The notes under the pieces were generated by a model. The model made no database searches. It was not told where the DNA came from and saw only the letters and a program-made list of their open reading frames with translations. This document shows positions 50,311-64,000 of a stretch of 64,000 nt of DNA, piece by piece. The first letter of the stretch is position 1, and every line of letters begins with the position of its first letter. Source of the DNA: the human T2T-CHM13v2.0 reference genome, Homo sapiens; the NCBI RefSeq assembly GCF_009914755.1, contig NC_060945.1. The stretch is one strand, 5' to 3'. The position numbers were made by a program, and so were the translations under genes.

Positions 50311-52335
50311 GAGGATGGGACGGGGGACCATTAGCTCAGCCTGGAGACAAACACACGGAACTGAAGGAAAAGCCCAGGCAGTGGGCAGACTGGTGGCCAA
50401 GCCAAGACCTGAGGTCCTCTCTCCCTGCGGGGAGCTGTGCTGGGCCGCCATTGTCTGCCACCATCCATGGCCTGCGCAGGCCTCCAGCCCCTCGGAGGCT
50501 AGTTCAGGAGGCTGGGGACAGCCTTGTTCGTTGATGGCACCTGGAGCAACGTGAGGGGTGCATGAGCACTGGCCGGGTTGTAGGACACCGAGTGACGTTG
50601 TGCCCCAGCGTCACTGGGAGAGATGCTGGAGCAGCGGTTTTGCCTTGCGGAGCTGTGTATTGGCGGGGAGGGCTTCTAGAAAATGTGCAGAGCACAGTTG
50701 GATTTTGTTATAAATTTCAGCAGGGATATTTTTAGCTCAAGGACTCAGGAGAAACCTGACTGTGCAGCCCCAAAGTCCCGAAGGTGCCGTCATAGCCTGG
50801 ACACCGGCTGCACAGGCTCCACTGGGTCCAGGCAGCCGCCTTTGGGAGGGCCAAGCTCTAGGTCTTGAGGGGAGTTGAGGCCGCACAGCTCCTGTTATGG
50901 GCTTCGTGCGCCCTGGAAGGTTTTCCCTGCTGGGCACAGGGACCGCTGGGCCACAGTGAGGCACTGGCTCTACATTTAAGCCATGAGGATGTTGGGGCTA
51001 CACTTGCTGCAGAAAGAAACAGACATTGCGCAGGGGACATGGCACTGGAGTCTGGCCTGCGCTGTGGCTGGGTGACAGCGCACAGGTCATCAGGGCCTCT
51101 GGAGTGGATATGGTCATTCCTGCAGGGGAGAGGACAGCGTGAGACGTGCCCATGGGAGGCACCTGTATTTCACTGAACGCCTTTCAGACAGTCTCAGAGA
51201 GATGGAAGAGCTGACAGCGTCTTCCAGAGGGAGTGGGGACGGGGTGGCCATCTGGCGGCCACGCCGGGCCTTGGCTTTCTTCGAGTTTCGGTAGAAGAAT
51301 CCTCTGACCCCACCACAGGTCCAGCCCAGGCAGGGTCTCTGTGATGGTGGAGCCAGGAGGCCGTGACCTTGCAGATTTCTCCTCAAGCTCATTTGTAAGG
51401 AGGGAGTGGCCAGAGGACTGGAGGATGTTTTGCCATGGATGGGGCCTGCACAATAAATAGGCAGCTCTTGGAGGAAACGTGAGGTTTCATCCAGCAGACC
51501 CCCCAAGCCACTGCATCTAACGTCTGTCCTGCAGCTGGGGGAGGGGTGGTGAACTCGTCCTGTCACAAGGCAGGGACCAGGCAGTGAGGAGGTGCTCCGG
51601 GCTGGGTGCCGAGAGAGCGGGTCCTTCTGGAAAGGGCTGTGGACACAGCAGGGAGGCTGGGCATTCAGGTTAAAGTCAAACCAGACCAGATGTGCAGAGA
51701 CTCTCAGGACGGACAGAGGGTCACACAGACACAGGGGCAGGAGTACTGAGCTGGGGCCTCCCCACCAAGCAGGGTCTCGGGCCGAGGGATCAGCCCTGGC
51801 AATGGAGCACGTGGGGAGAGTGCCTCCTCCCTGCACACATGGGCCCTGAGTCCACAGGGGCCACAAGATCCCCAGGCAGTGTGGCCCTGGCTTTCGGGAC
51901 CTGGGGCCTCCCCAGGCATGTACACCGGAATCCCCTGAGCACCGCCAACGACAGGTACCCCACACCCAGGAGGGCATGTGGATGAGGAGAGGGGCTCAGG
52001 CAGGGCCTTTGCTGAAACGCCCAGGGGTTAAGATTTGCTTGTAGATAAAAAAATCCCTATTCTAGGAACTTACCTGGGATACCTATCCATTAAGATATGT
52101 GCCCCTAATACTGTGTCAACACCTCACCTCATCTTTGTGGAGGGTCCTTGCCCCCTGAGGAGAGGGGAAGAGTTGAGCTGGGTGGGCCAGAGCCCCCTGT
52201 ACTCCTGGGTGCTCCCCAGCCTACACTCAGCTCTGGGTCCTGACCCTGTCTCCCTAGGCAGCCGGTTGCATCCCCTCTGTGCAGAATGTGAACCCCCAAG
52301 CAAGGCCCTGCTCCCCCTGGGCCCCAGAAGCCCCT

Positions 52336-53112
52336 GGGGGCCATAGGGTCCTGAGGAGTGACCGTCTGTCTGGGGGTCACAGCGTCCTGCGGAGGGACCG
52401 TCTGTCTGGGGGTCACAGGGTCCTGAGGAGGGACCGTCTGTCTGGGGGTCACAGGGTCCTGCGGAGGGACCGTCTGTCTGGGGGTCACAGCGTCCTGCGG
52501 AGGGACCGTCTGTCTGGGGGTCACAGCGTCCTGCGGAGGGACCGTCTGGGGGTCACAGGGTCCTGAGGAGTGACCGTCTGTCTGGGGGTCACAGCGTCCT
52601 GCGGAGTGACCGTCTGTCTGGGGGTCACAGCGTCCTGCGGAGGGACCGTCTGTCTGGGGGTCACAGGGTCCTGAGGAGGGACCGTCTGTCTGGGGGTCAC
52701 AGCGTCCTGCGGAGTGACCGTCTGTCTGGGGGTCACAGCGTCCTGCGGAGGGACCGTCTGTCTGGGGGTCACAGCGTCCTGCGGAGTGACCGTCTGTCTG
52801 GGGGTCACAGCGTCCTGCGGAGTGACCGTCTGTCTGGGGGTCACAGCGTCCTGCGGAGGGACCGTCTGTCTGGGGGTCACAGGGTCCTGAGGAGGGACCG
52901 TCTGTCTGGGGGTCACAGCGTCCTGCGGAGTGACCGTCTGTCTGGGGGTCACAGCGTCCTGCGGAGGGACCGTCTGTCTGGGGGTCACAGCGTCCTGAGG
53001 AGTGACCGTCTGTCTGGGGGTCACAGCGTCCTGCAGAGGGACCGTCTGTCTGGGGGTCACAGGGTCCTGCGGAGGGACCGTCTGTCTGGGGGTCACAGGG
53101 TCCTGTGGAGGG
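52336..53112 (+). repeat. 36-bp VNTR, about 21.5 copies
   Basis: Unit GGGGGTCACAGCGTCCTGCGGAGGGACCGTCTGTCT with three variable positions. Confidence 0.98.
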
Positions 53113-53657
<545 letters not shown>

Positions 53658-56600
53658 AGGGGTCCATTGAGCTGGGTCCTCTGCAGGGCTGTGGCCTGTG
53701 CTGGGTGGAGACAGTCCTGGGGTGCTGGAGGCAAGCGGGGCTTCACTCAGGGCTGTATCTGGCTGCCTCCGAATCGCAACAGAAGCTCAACAAGCCTGGA
53801 GCTCCCTCAGGGGGCTCAGTGGCCTCTGAGACCTCCCATCTTCCATTTTCCCCTAGAGCTGGCCATGCCTGGGGACTCTGACCATGGGCCCCAGAGAGCG
53901 CTGCTCCCCTTTGGCCAGCGACAGGGTGGCCAGGCCCAGGATCTGGAGGGAGAAAGCTGCTGGCCTTCTCCAGGGTGCAGCCTGGAGCTTCCCTGCTCTT
54001 CTGCAGCTGTGCTCAGCTACGCTCCAGGGCTGCGCTGATTTCCGCTGTCAGTGACTTAAGCCAGCGTCCACGGCCAATCAGCACAGCACTTCTGCCTGCT
54101 GCCTGCTGGGTTCAGACCAGGCTGGGTCTGGTCCCTGACGGAGGATGCAGTTCTCATCCTTCAAGCACAAGCCTACAGGCAGCCCCTTGTCACCGAGCGT
54201 GACCCTGCCTCAAGGCCTCCTCCTCCCTCTCTTGAGTGAGTGGAGCAGAGCTGGCCGTGGCCTCCCTGCCTCCGCTGAGCCCACCACCAGTGGGTTTTGT
54301 TCGGGGCTAATGAGGCGCGGGAAAGGCGGAAGGTGCCGGCGTGACAGCTCAGAAGATGGAACTAATGAGACCTTGTTGCTGGACAAAGGTGGCATTCAGG
54401 GTGTCCTTTTGGCCTCGGCCCCCGACTCCCAAACGGGCCCCTCTAATCACAGATGGTTCCCGGACCTGTCCCAGCAAAGGGTCCTGAAGCCCCGGCTTTG
54501 CTGTGCAGAGGCTCCTCCCAACCTGGGTTTAGCCAGGCGCCTCCTCGCCTGCCCCACCCCCTGCATCTGGTCACCTCACCCCTCCAGGCGCAGTTTTGAT
54601 GGAGAAAACCAGACGCTGTGGGAGCCCAGGCCGGCGTCTGAAGTCCGAGGTTCCAGGGGCCACAGAGCCCCGGCCTGGACTCACAGGGGAACTCCCTCAC
54701 GGCAGGTGGGCCTCCTGGGTCTTTGTCTTCCTCATCAATTGGCAATAGCTAATCAGTGGTGGATTTCTGCAGGTTTGGCAGCTGCTGCTCCATTTGAAAC
54801 AGCTTAAATGAGCTAAGAGCCAACTCAGCGGGTAAAACTGTAATCAGTGTACAAACAAATTGCACTTTCATTTAGTACATAAAGCACGGTAATGTTATGA
54901 GTGGATCAGAACTCACACGATTCAAGTTTACATTCAGAAGCCAGCAAAGCCGCTTTAGAATTACAAAGGGCAAGTTCCCAAGAGGTCTTGCTGAAATCTC
55001 AGCCTCTCCCCAAATGTTCATTTCCCACTTCCAACAACTCTCTAGAGTTTTGATGTGTGAATTGCCGAAACTTTTTAGGGCATTGCTTCTCCTGCTCCAG
55101 CAAGTGTGAGTCACTGAGTCCTGTGAAAATGCAGAATCGGATTCTGGCCTGGAGGGACCGTGTGTCTCTGAGCGTCTCACAGGGGTGCTGGTGCAGCCAC
55201 ACCATGCCCAGCATAGGCGCGCTGATCCTGAAAGCCCTTTGTGTCCTGGAAGCCCCTCCTGTTCGTGAAGGTTTGGAGAGAGGAGAAGGAAGTCCTGGGT
55301 TCCAGGGGCGGGGGGGCAGGGCGGGGTGCTGCAGACCAGGGGCAGCTGCGAGGGTCTCAGGGTGCAAAGCCATTCCCAGGGAACTGCAGACCTCACCGGG
55401 GCAGCCTGGCCTGCAGGGAGGTCCCAGGGGAGGCGACTGTGCTGGGCCAGGAAACCGCCTTCTCCTTCAGTGGAACACAATCCACACTCATGGCGGAAAA
55501 CACAGGAAATCCATAAAGACGCAAAAGGAAGCCACGAACACTCTCATTTATTTAAAATTGGACAACTTATTTGAAATTGTCTATAAGGCAGACATATCTG
55601 AGACGCCAGATGGGGGCTGAGCGTACCGAGTAAAGAGGGGCTGACCCCAGACTTCTGATAGACAGGAAAACAGCAGTTCCCCTAAACCTCTGGGGCCCGG
55701 GCCCCCGACACACAGGCTCCTCAGTACTCTCTAAAGTATGCAAGGAGCTCGCTTGAGCACCAGGGGCAAGAACCCAAGAATCTGGGGCTCCTGGTGCCTG
55801 AGACTCTGAAGGTTGGGGTGCATGAGACCAGGCTTCTCCCACCTCAAACCGAACAGCCTCAGAGGACGGGGTCAGAGGCTGGGGGCCAGGGTCTCTGTGG
55901 AACCTGAAGGAACGGAGAGAGGGAGGGAGAGAAGCACCTGAGCCCTTCCCAGCAGGCAGGGCTCCAGCCCTGTGACCCACCCGTGCCCTCAGCTCCAGCC
56001 AGGGCGGGGGCTCATCGGCCCCTGCCCGGAGCTCCCCCACAGTTTACAGGGCACACAATTACCATCCCCACCCAGCAGGAGCCGGAGTAGAGAAGCAGAA
56101 ATCCTTCCTTTGTTAATCATTTTCCATCAGAACTTCGTTTTGGCTTGGAAAGTAGGCCACGGCCAGGCTGCGGGGGGTGGGGAGGCCTGGACCCCCACGC
56201 GGCTGCTCTGAGCTCAGAAGGGTCAGCCGCCCAGTTGGAAGCGTTTTATTTTCTAACTCAAATACGTATTTATAGCAGAAGAGAGATGCTCCAAGGACGG
56301 GCTCCCTCCTGCCAGGAGCTGGAGCAACCCGGCCACTGTGCACACAGCTCTGGGGGAACGTCGCCTCACTGCCTGTCCTTGCCCCAGGCCCCTGCAGTGA
56401 CAGACGGGGGCTGGCTTTTCCCCGAGTGAAAGTTGTCAGAACCAAAATGGAGACACTTGTGCTAGAACCCTGGCAACGGAGCCGGAGGTGGCCACGAAGG
56501 GGGTTCTCACACACGAATGCCTGATAACAAGAACGGAAAGACTGTGAAAAAATCCACAACCTGGCACAAAGGCTGCTGCAACCTCGCACAGAAATTGCTC

Positions 56601-57013
56601 TGGAGGACATCGAGGTGCCAGGTGCTGCTGTCCAATCACACCTGGAGCCTCCCTTGCTGCTGGTCTTGGGGAGGCGGGCTCCAGCTCGAAAGGAGGCACA
56701 CAAAACTGCTGGGAAACGGGCCGGGCAGGCAGGGGCGGGGCCGGGCGGGTGAGGACATGGCTTCTGTGCGCACGGCCCGGCGCGATGGCTGGTGTGGACC
56801 CCTACCTTTGGAACACGTGGGGCCAGGCCGAGGGGGTTCCGCCACGTCTCCTGGGCAGAGCGCCAGCCTCAGTCACCGTGTCACTGTGTGTCCCTCCACA
56901 CCCCGAGTCCTGGCAAACCAAGGCAGTGCAGGAGGACGCCTGGTGCCCAGGGTGATGGACATGGGTAGCACATGGGCCCCATGTGTCCGGGAGCCTGGGG
57001 CCTGGTGCACCAG

Positions 57014-57199
57014 GTCTCAGCTCCTTCCCACCGTGGGTTCTGGGCCAGTTGCAGGCAGAGAACAGAGCGGGTGCCTGGCTCAAGCCGGCCAGTGTCTCCC
57101 CCATGTCTCAGCTCCTTCCCACCGTGGGTTCTGGGCCAGTTGCAGGCAGAGAACAGAGCGGGTGCCTGGCTCAAGCCGGCCAGTGTCTCCCCCATGTCT
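57014..57199 (+). repeat. Perfect 91-bp tandem duplication
   Basis: Copies start at 57014 and 57105 and are identical on inspection. Confidence 0.93.
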
Positions 57200-58802
57200 G
57201 AGCCCAAGACCCGAGACACGGCCCCCACTGAGACTGGGGGTGGCTCTGGGCACCAATCTCGTGTGTGGGGGCCCCCCACCGCCCACCCCCGCCCAGTCTC
57301 CAGGGGTTGTCTGGGGCACTTTGCCCTCCCCAAGGCCCCCCACGCCCATTCCTCTTTGAGCCCCGTGCCCCTGAGTGTGCCGGGCAGTCCCTGGGAGCCC
57401 TGTGGTGATGGCAGCCACACCTCCCGGCCCTGCTCAGAGTCAGGGGTGCCCTTCAGGATGGGCTAGCCGCAGCCCATGGACCCTGCCTCCTGGGGGGCCG
57501 CCCCCCAACACGCTTCACCGCCGCCGCGCCCTGCCCCCGGGGCAGCTTTCAGGACTGTTTGTCACCAAGGCCAGTGGTTGCAAAACAAGTGGGGCCTGAA
57601 TTTATAGGAACTTAGAATTTCTCCAGGGCAGAAGGTTGAATAAATGCAGGGGAACGTCAGGGGCAGATGAGGGGAACGTCAGTGGCAGAGCTGACGCGGG
57701 TTCCCTCCCTCTCTCCTGGCCGTGGACCCTCGCTTGCAGAGAGGGGCCGGCCCGCGCACCCCCGGCTTCCGAAGCTTGTCTCCAGTGACTTATTCTCGTC
57801 TGTGCAGCGGCCAATTCTGAGTTTGGGGCAGGAGCCCTGGGTGGCCCCTCAGATCCCTGCAGGCGTCCCTCGAGTCCGCCGGCCCTGTCTGCCGGAGCAG
57901 CTGGGCTTTGCTCTTCGCAGATAAAGCTCCTGGCACCCGTTCCATGCTCCTCGGGTTTGTTCTTTATTTTAAATCCTTTAAAGTAAAAATCTCTGTCTCT
58001 CTCCCTCCGTCTTTCTCTCTCTCATTATCAACTTTTCTGCTCTCAGAAGCCCTTTTGATCTGGAGCCTTGAGATGCTCTGTCACTTAGAGACAAGCCCCC
58101 TGCTTCTCTTTTTGACTTCTGTCCTTCCCTGTCCGTCCTCTCCCACGTGGCCCTCAGTGGCCCCGCTAACCTGGCCCTGGCCCTGGCTTCCAGGTCTCTT
58201 GGCTGGCCTTTTGCATTCATCACTTTACATTTTTCCATTTTGAGTCCCAGGAAGATTTATCAACTTCTCCTCAAATTCCCGAGTTCACCACCAGAAACCA
58301 AAGTTGCCGTTTCATTTTCGGGCTGTTGCCACGAGACCTGCAGGCTCCAGCACCCACGAGGCCCATGGCCACTGGGAGGGACATTGGTGTTCCCAGGGTG
58401 TGAGGGCACCTTGGCCGGCATGGCGGGGACACGGGGTCATGCCCACCATGCTGGTTCTGCTGATGCCATGGGCCTCTGAGTACTCACTGCCCTGGGTGTG
58501 CGGGGCTCGGTGCGGGGAAGAAGAAAGTTTAGCACGAGCGATCGGGGTGGCCAAGAGCCTGGCATGCACAGCCCTGTTCGGGAGCAGTGTCTGTTTTCTT
58601 GTCTGAGCAGTGCTTTGCAGTGGGATTTGCAGCCGCAAAAGTTCTTGGCTAAGACGCTTGTGTCTTAGGAAATGTTGGGTTGCACGTTTATTTTTAGCTT
58701 CAGGAATGTGACACTTGATATTATTTGGGTTTTTGAGAGGGCCAATCCTGGAACACTCTTGCCTAAAAGTGAAGGTGACAGCTCCACATTGGAAGATGCA
58801 AG

Positions 58803-58901
58803 CTGTCCTGCTCTATCCTGCTCTGTCCTGTCCTGCTCTATCCTGCTCTGTCCTGTCCTGTCCTGTCCTGTCCTGCTCTGTCCTGTCCTGCTCTGTCCTG
58901 C
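58803..58901 (+). repeat. (CCTGT/CTCTG)n pentamer-type microsatellite
   Basis: Visible. Confidence 0.9.
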
Positions 58902-60279
58902 CAGGGTGGGAGTCACGGTCGCACATCCTCTCACTCTCAGGGCCTGAGTAGCTGGGAGGCAGGGAAGGGACCATCGGGGAGGGGCCGCAGGGGTCCTGGC
59001 GGGTGCCTGGCTGGCCCAGGGTGGCTCAGGGACAGGCGGTGCGGAGGACGTGCGTTCTGGGGTGTGCAGAAGGTGGAGGTGGGAGGGCTTATTGGGGATT
59101 AGAGGTGGTGCAAGATAAAGATAGGGGTCAGGAAGGGCTCCAGACTCCGGCCTGAGCCACAGGAGGCCGGGGTGGCATCAGCTGAGCCCCAAGCCCACAG
59201 GAGACAGCCCTGACATATGGGTCGGGGGGCTCAAGGTGTCTCTAACAGTCCAACAGCAACACAGTGGCTCCGAGGAGGTGGACGTCTGAGTGGCTGCTCC
59301 AGGCTGCCGGGCAGCCCTGCTCCTCTTACCTCAGGGCCAGGCCTCCTCCGCCTTGATGTCTCCCCTGGAAACCCCAGGACCACATCCAAAGAGCAGAGCT
59401 TTGGGAAAGGGGAAAGAGAGCATGGAGGGGTCAACTCAACCACAGGGTCCTCAGGGGCCCTCCCGGTCACGATCCTCATCGTGGGAGCAGCCCTGCCCCA
59501 CCCTCCACAGGCAGGTGACCTGGAGGGGTTTGCTGTTCCATGGAAGAGCCCCTGGGTGCTGAGCATGCATCTGAAGTTCAAGGGCGAGCCTGGGCTACAG
59601 GAGGATCTGTGGGCATCCATGCTGGGAGGGAAGCGTGGAGACAGGGGCCGTGGGACATCTTCCTGGATTTCAGAGGGAAAAGCCTCCCCAAGCTGCTGCC
59701 CTTGCTGTGGGAAGGAGAATTTACCTGTGTCCTGTGGCCAGCAGGGACTACTTGTGAGGTCGGTGGAGTTGTTGGGCCACACCCCGGTCATTGCAACCTT
59801 GGTACCCAAGGCAGCTCTTCCCTGGGAGGCCTCCTGAGCCCTTCAGCCCTGATACGTTTTGCACATTCTTAAAACACCTTAGCTGTGGCATGCGGGTCCT
59901 ACACTCCCCCAACCCTGTCGTCTATCAGTGACACGTCTACCCCTTTGATTGATGTCCTCAGCCCTGGGCCTCCGAGTTCAGCGTCTTCATGTCCCAGCAG
60001 CCAGCCCTGAGGCAGGTGCATGAGAGGCCCTTGGTACATGCTTGTGCAGTTGAATTTTTAAAAATGAGTGTGGCCCCCTCGGAAGTTCATGGAATAAAAC
60101 TGTTATCTGGGGGTGGGGGGTGATTTGTTTGAGGCTATTTAGTGGCAGAGTTGGAATTTAAACCATGATTTTTCTACTAAACAATTCTAAATTGCCTCTC
60201 AGGCACTGTTGGGAATGGGGACTGGGTTCTCCCAGATACTTAATGCTTTAGAGCTGGAAGAATTTTCAAAAATTATAGT

Positions 60280-61240
<961 letters not shown>

Positions 61241-61251
61241 GTTAAAAAAAA

Positions 61252-61293
61252 TTTTTTTTTGAGATAGGGTCTTGCCCTGTTTCCCAGGCTGGA
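61252..61293 (-). mobile_element. Short Alu 3' fragment
   Basis: Poly-T followed by GAGATAGGGTCTTGCCCTGTTTCCCAGGCTGGA. Confidence 0.75.
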
Positions 61294-61973
61294 ATTTGGA
61301 AATTGGCTTGGATGTAATTGCAGATGGGCCAGGATTGCTCGAGTCATCATTGCCCTTTTGTCTTCCTGGAAAGCACCCGCCAGCAGTACGAAGGAGAAAC
61401 ACATATACAGACTCCCTCATCCAGAAACCGAGAAACTGGGAATTGCCCAGGCCTCCAGGTGGTGGGGAGGAAGGGCAGGAGGGAGAGACTAACACAGAGA
61501 GAGAGGGTCCCATAGGGGTATTTCTCAAGGGTGGGGCCATTGAGGGGGAAGAGTGGGGAGGCTGCAAACAAGGACCCACATGCAGTGGCCATGGCTCTGA
61601 GTCAGGGAAGAAGTGCCAGAGGAGAAATGGACACACAGGAGTGGCCAGGATCGTTTTTTAAGGAGGTGCATCTGAAACATGTTATGAAGCCTCCTTATCG
61701 AAGCAGCTCGGGAGGCTGGATGAAGACAGTAGTTGGGGCAACAGAGCAAATGGTGCAGACGCTGCCCAGATCCACACGGAGCCCCGTCTGTGCTCCAGGG
61801 GGAATGAGTGGTGGGCTGGGCACCTGGAGAAAACCGTTGGTTGACTTTATTCATTGTCGTACAGCAGGGTGGATTCCAGTGATTCATGTAGGTAATAGTT
61901 AAAAATAACTTCTCAAAGGCGTTCTCTAAGAATGGGAATGTTCTTTAAAACTTTAGCTGGGAAAGTCTTTTTA

Positions 61974-62139
61974 GTTTTTTTTTTTTTAATTTTTAAATTT
62001 AAAGTTAGAAATGGTGGGCCGGTGGGGGAGGGTCTCACCATCTTGCCCAGGCTGGTCTTGAGCTCCTAGGCTGAAGCGATTCTCCCACCTCTAACTCCTA
62101 AAGTGCTGGGCTTACAGGCGTGAGCCACCATGCCTGGCC
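61974..62139 (-). mobile_element. Alu left monomer (FLAM_C-like)
   Basis: TTGCCCAGGCTGGTCTTGA..GTGAGCCACCATGCCTGGCC; flanking repeat AAAGTCTTTTTA at 61962 and 62144. Confidence 0.85.
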
Positions 62140-62705
62140 AGAAAAAGTCTTTTTAAACAGTGATGTGAAACGCAGAAGCTCTGAGAGGCTAATAAATTTG
62201 ACTACAGAAAAATAAAACAGTTTCTGCAAAAGCTGTTGGAACTGTATTCAGGAGACAAACTAAGGTGGGCACCTCATCTCACAGGCAAGAGCCTGGCTCC
62301 CCTCATGTAGAAAGAGCTCCTGGAACTCAGGAAGGAAAAGCGACCAATGGGAAGAGGGAGAAAGACAATGACAGGGACACATCTGCCCCATGGAAGACAT
62401 CGACATCCCCCAACACAGAACCCTGGACCTCGAGTGTGGCCTTCTAAGGGTCTTTGCTGCAGAGCCCACCAGATGTGCCTGTGAGGCTGGCTGGAAACCG
62501 CCAAATGCCCAGGGCCAGCACCCAAGAAAAGAGGGAAGAGACGCGTGCACACAGTTCCCCTGGGAAGACAGACAAAATCCTGAAACTATGACGGCCTGCA
62601 GCATGCAGATGCTGGCGGCGGGGGTAGGGAAACCCCCAAGCTTTTTGTTTGTGAACCTGTGTAAAGGTATTATCTACTTTAAAATTCATTTCTTAAAAAG
62701 AAATA

Positions 62706-63037
<332 letters not shown>

Positions 63038-63228
63038 TTAGAGAGAGACCTGGGCACCCCGGGAAGTGGAACTGAGGCAGATGGGACACAGGATGAGGAC
63101 TGCTTTCAATTTTCTGTACTTTTATTTTTATAGTTTGAGTGTTTGTGATTACTTTTATTCCTTAAAATCTCATTTTGGCTCTTATGTTTGTAATTTTGTA
63201 ATTTAAAAAAGTAAATGGGGTAGAACTA

Positions 63229-63757
<529 letters not shown>

Positions 63758-64000
63758 AACAGTATCTGAAATATATTTCTGATTAATAGAGGAACTGAAA
63801 ATAAGGGCTAACATTTAAAAATTCCTGAGACTGAGGAGGGGAAGGAGGAGTGAGTGGTGTAAAAATGCCAACATTTTATTATTCATAGTGGAGAGGCCAA
63901 AGTGAGGAGGGAAAAGCATTTACAATTTACCAAAAGGAAAAAAAGGAAAGAAAATGAATACCTGCTTATTTTAAAATTATTGCTACTGTTTAAAATCACA

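Overview
Primate (almost certainly human) non-coding DNA from a very GC-rich, subtelomere-like isochore. I find no protein-coding exon, rRNA, tRNA or CRISPR array that I can support, and the long ORFs are by-products of GC richness and tandem repeats. The window contains: (i) about 12 Alu/Alu-monomer insertions, many with readable target-site duplications (TSDs); (ii) old and middle-aged L1/HAL1 fragments and MaLR/ERV1 solo LTRs, concentrated in three AT-rich nested clusters (about 28.6-35.6 kb, 47.3-50.3 kb and 60.3-64 kb); (iii) many minisatellites (11, 57, 42, 41 and 36 bp units), a 1.2 kb almost G-free CA/C tract and several recent tandem duplications; (iv) one strong CpG island of about 1.5 kb (42.2-43.7 kb) with no recognisable gene attached; (v) several short AT-rich, non-repetitive motif islands that look like developmental enhancers. 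I cannot show a new biological system from sequence alone. The best leads are the orphan CpG island and the GC/CpG-converted L1 at its edge, the candidate enhancer islands, and VNTRs that multiply transcription-factor motifs. Repeat subfamily names come from recalled consensus sequences, and boundaries of old repeats are approximate. I did not identify the locus; BLAT would settle it.
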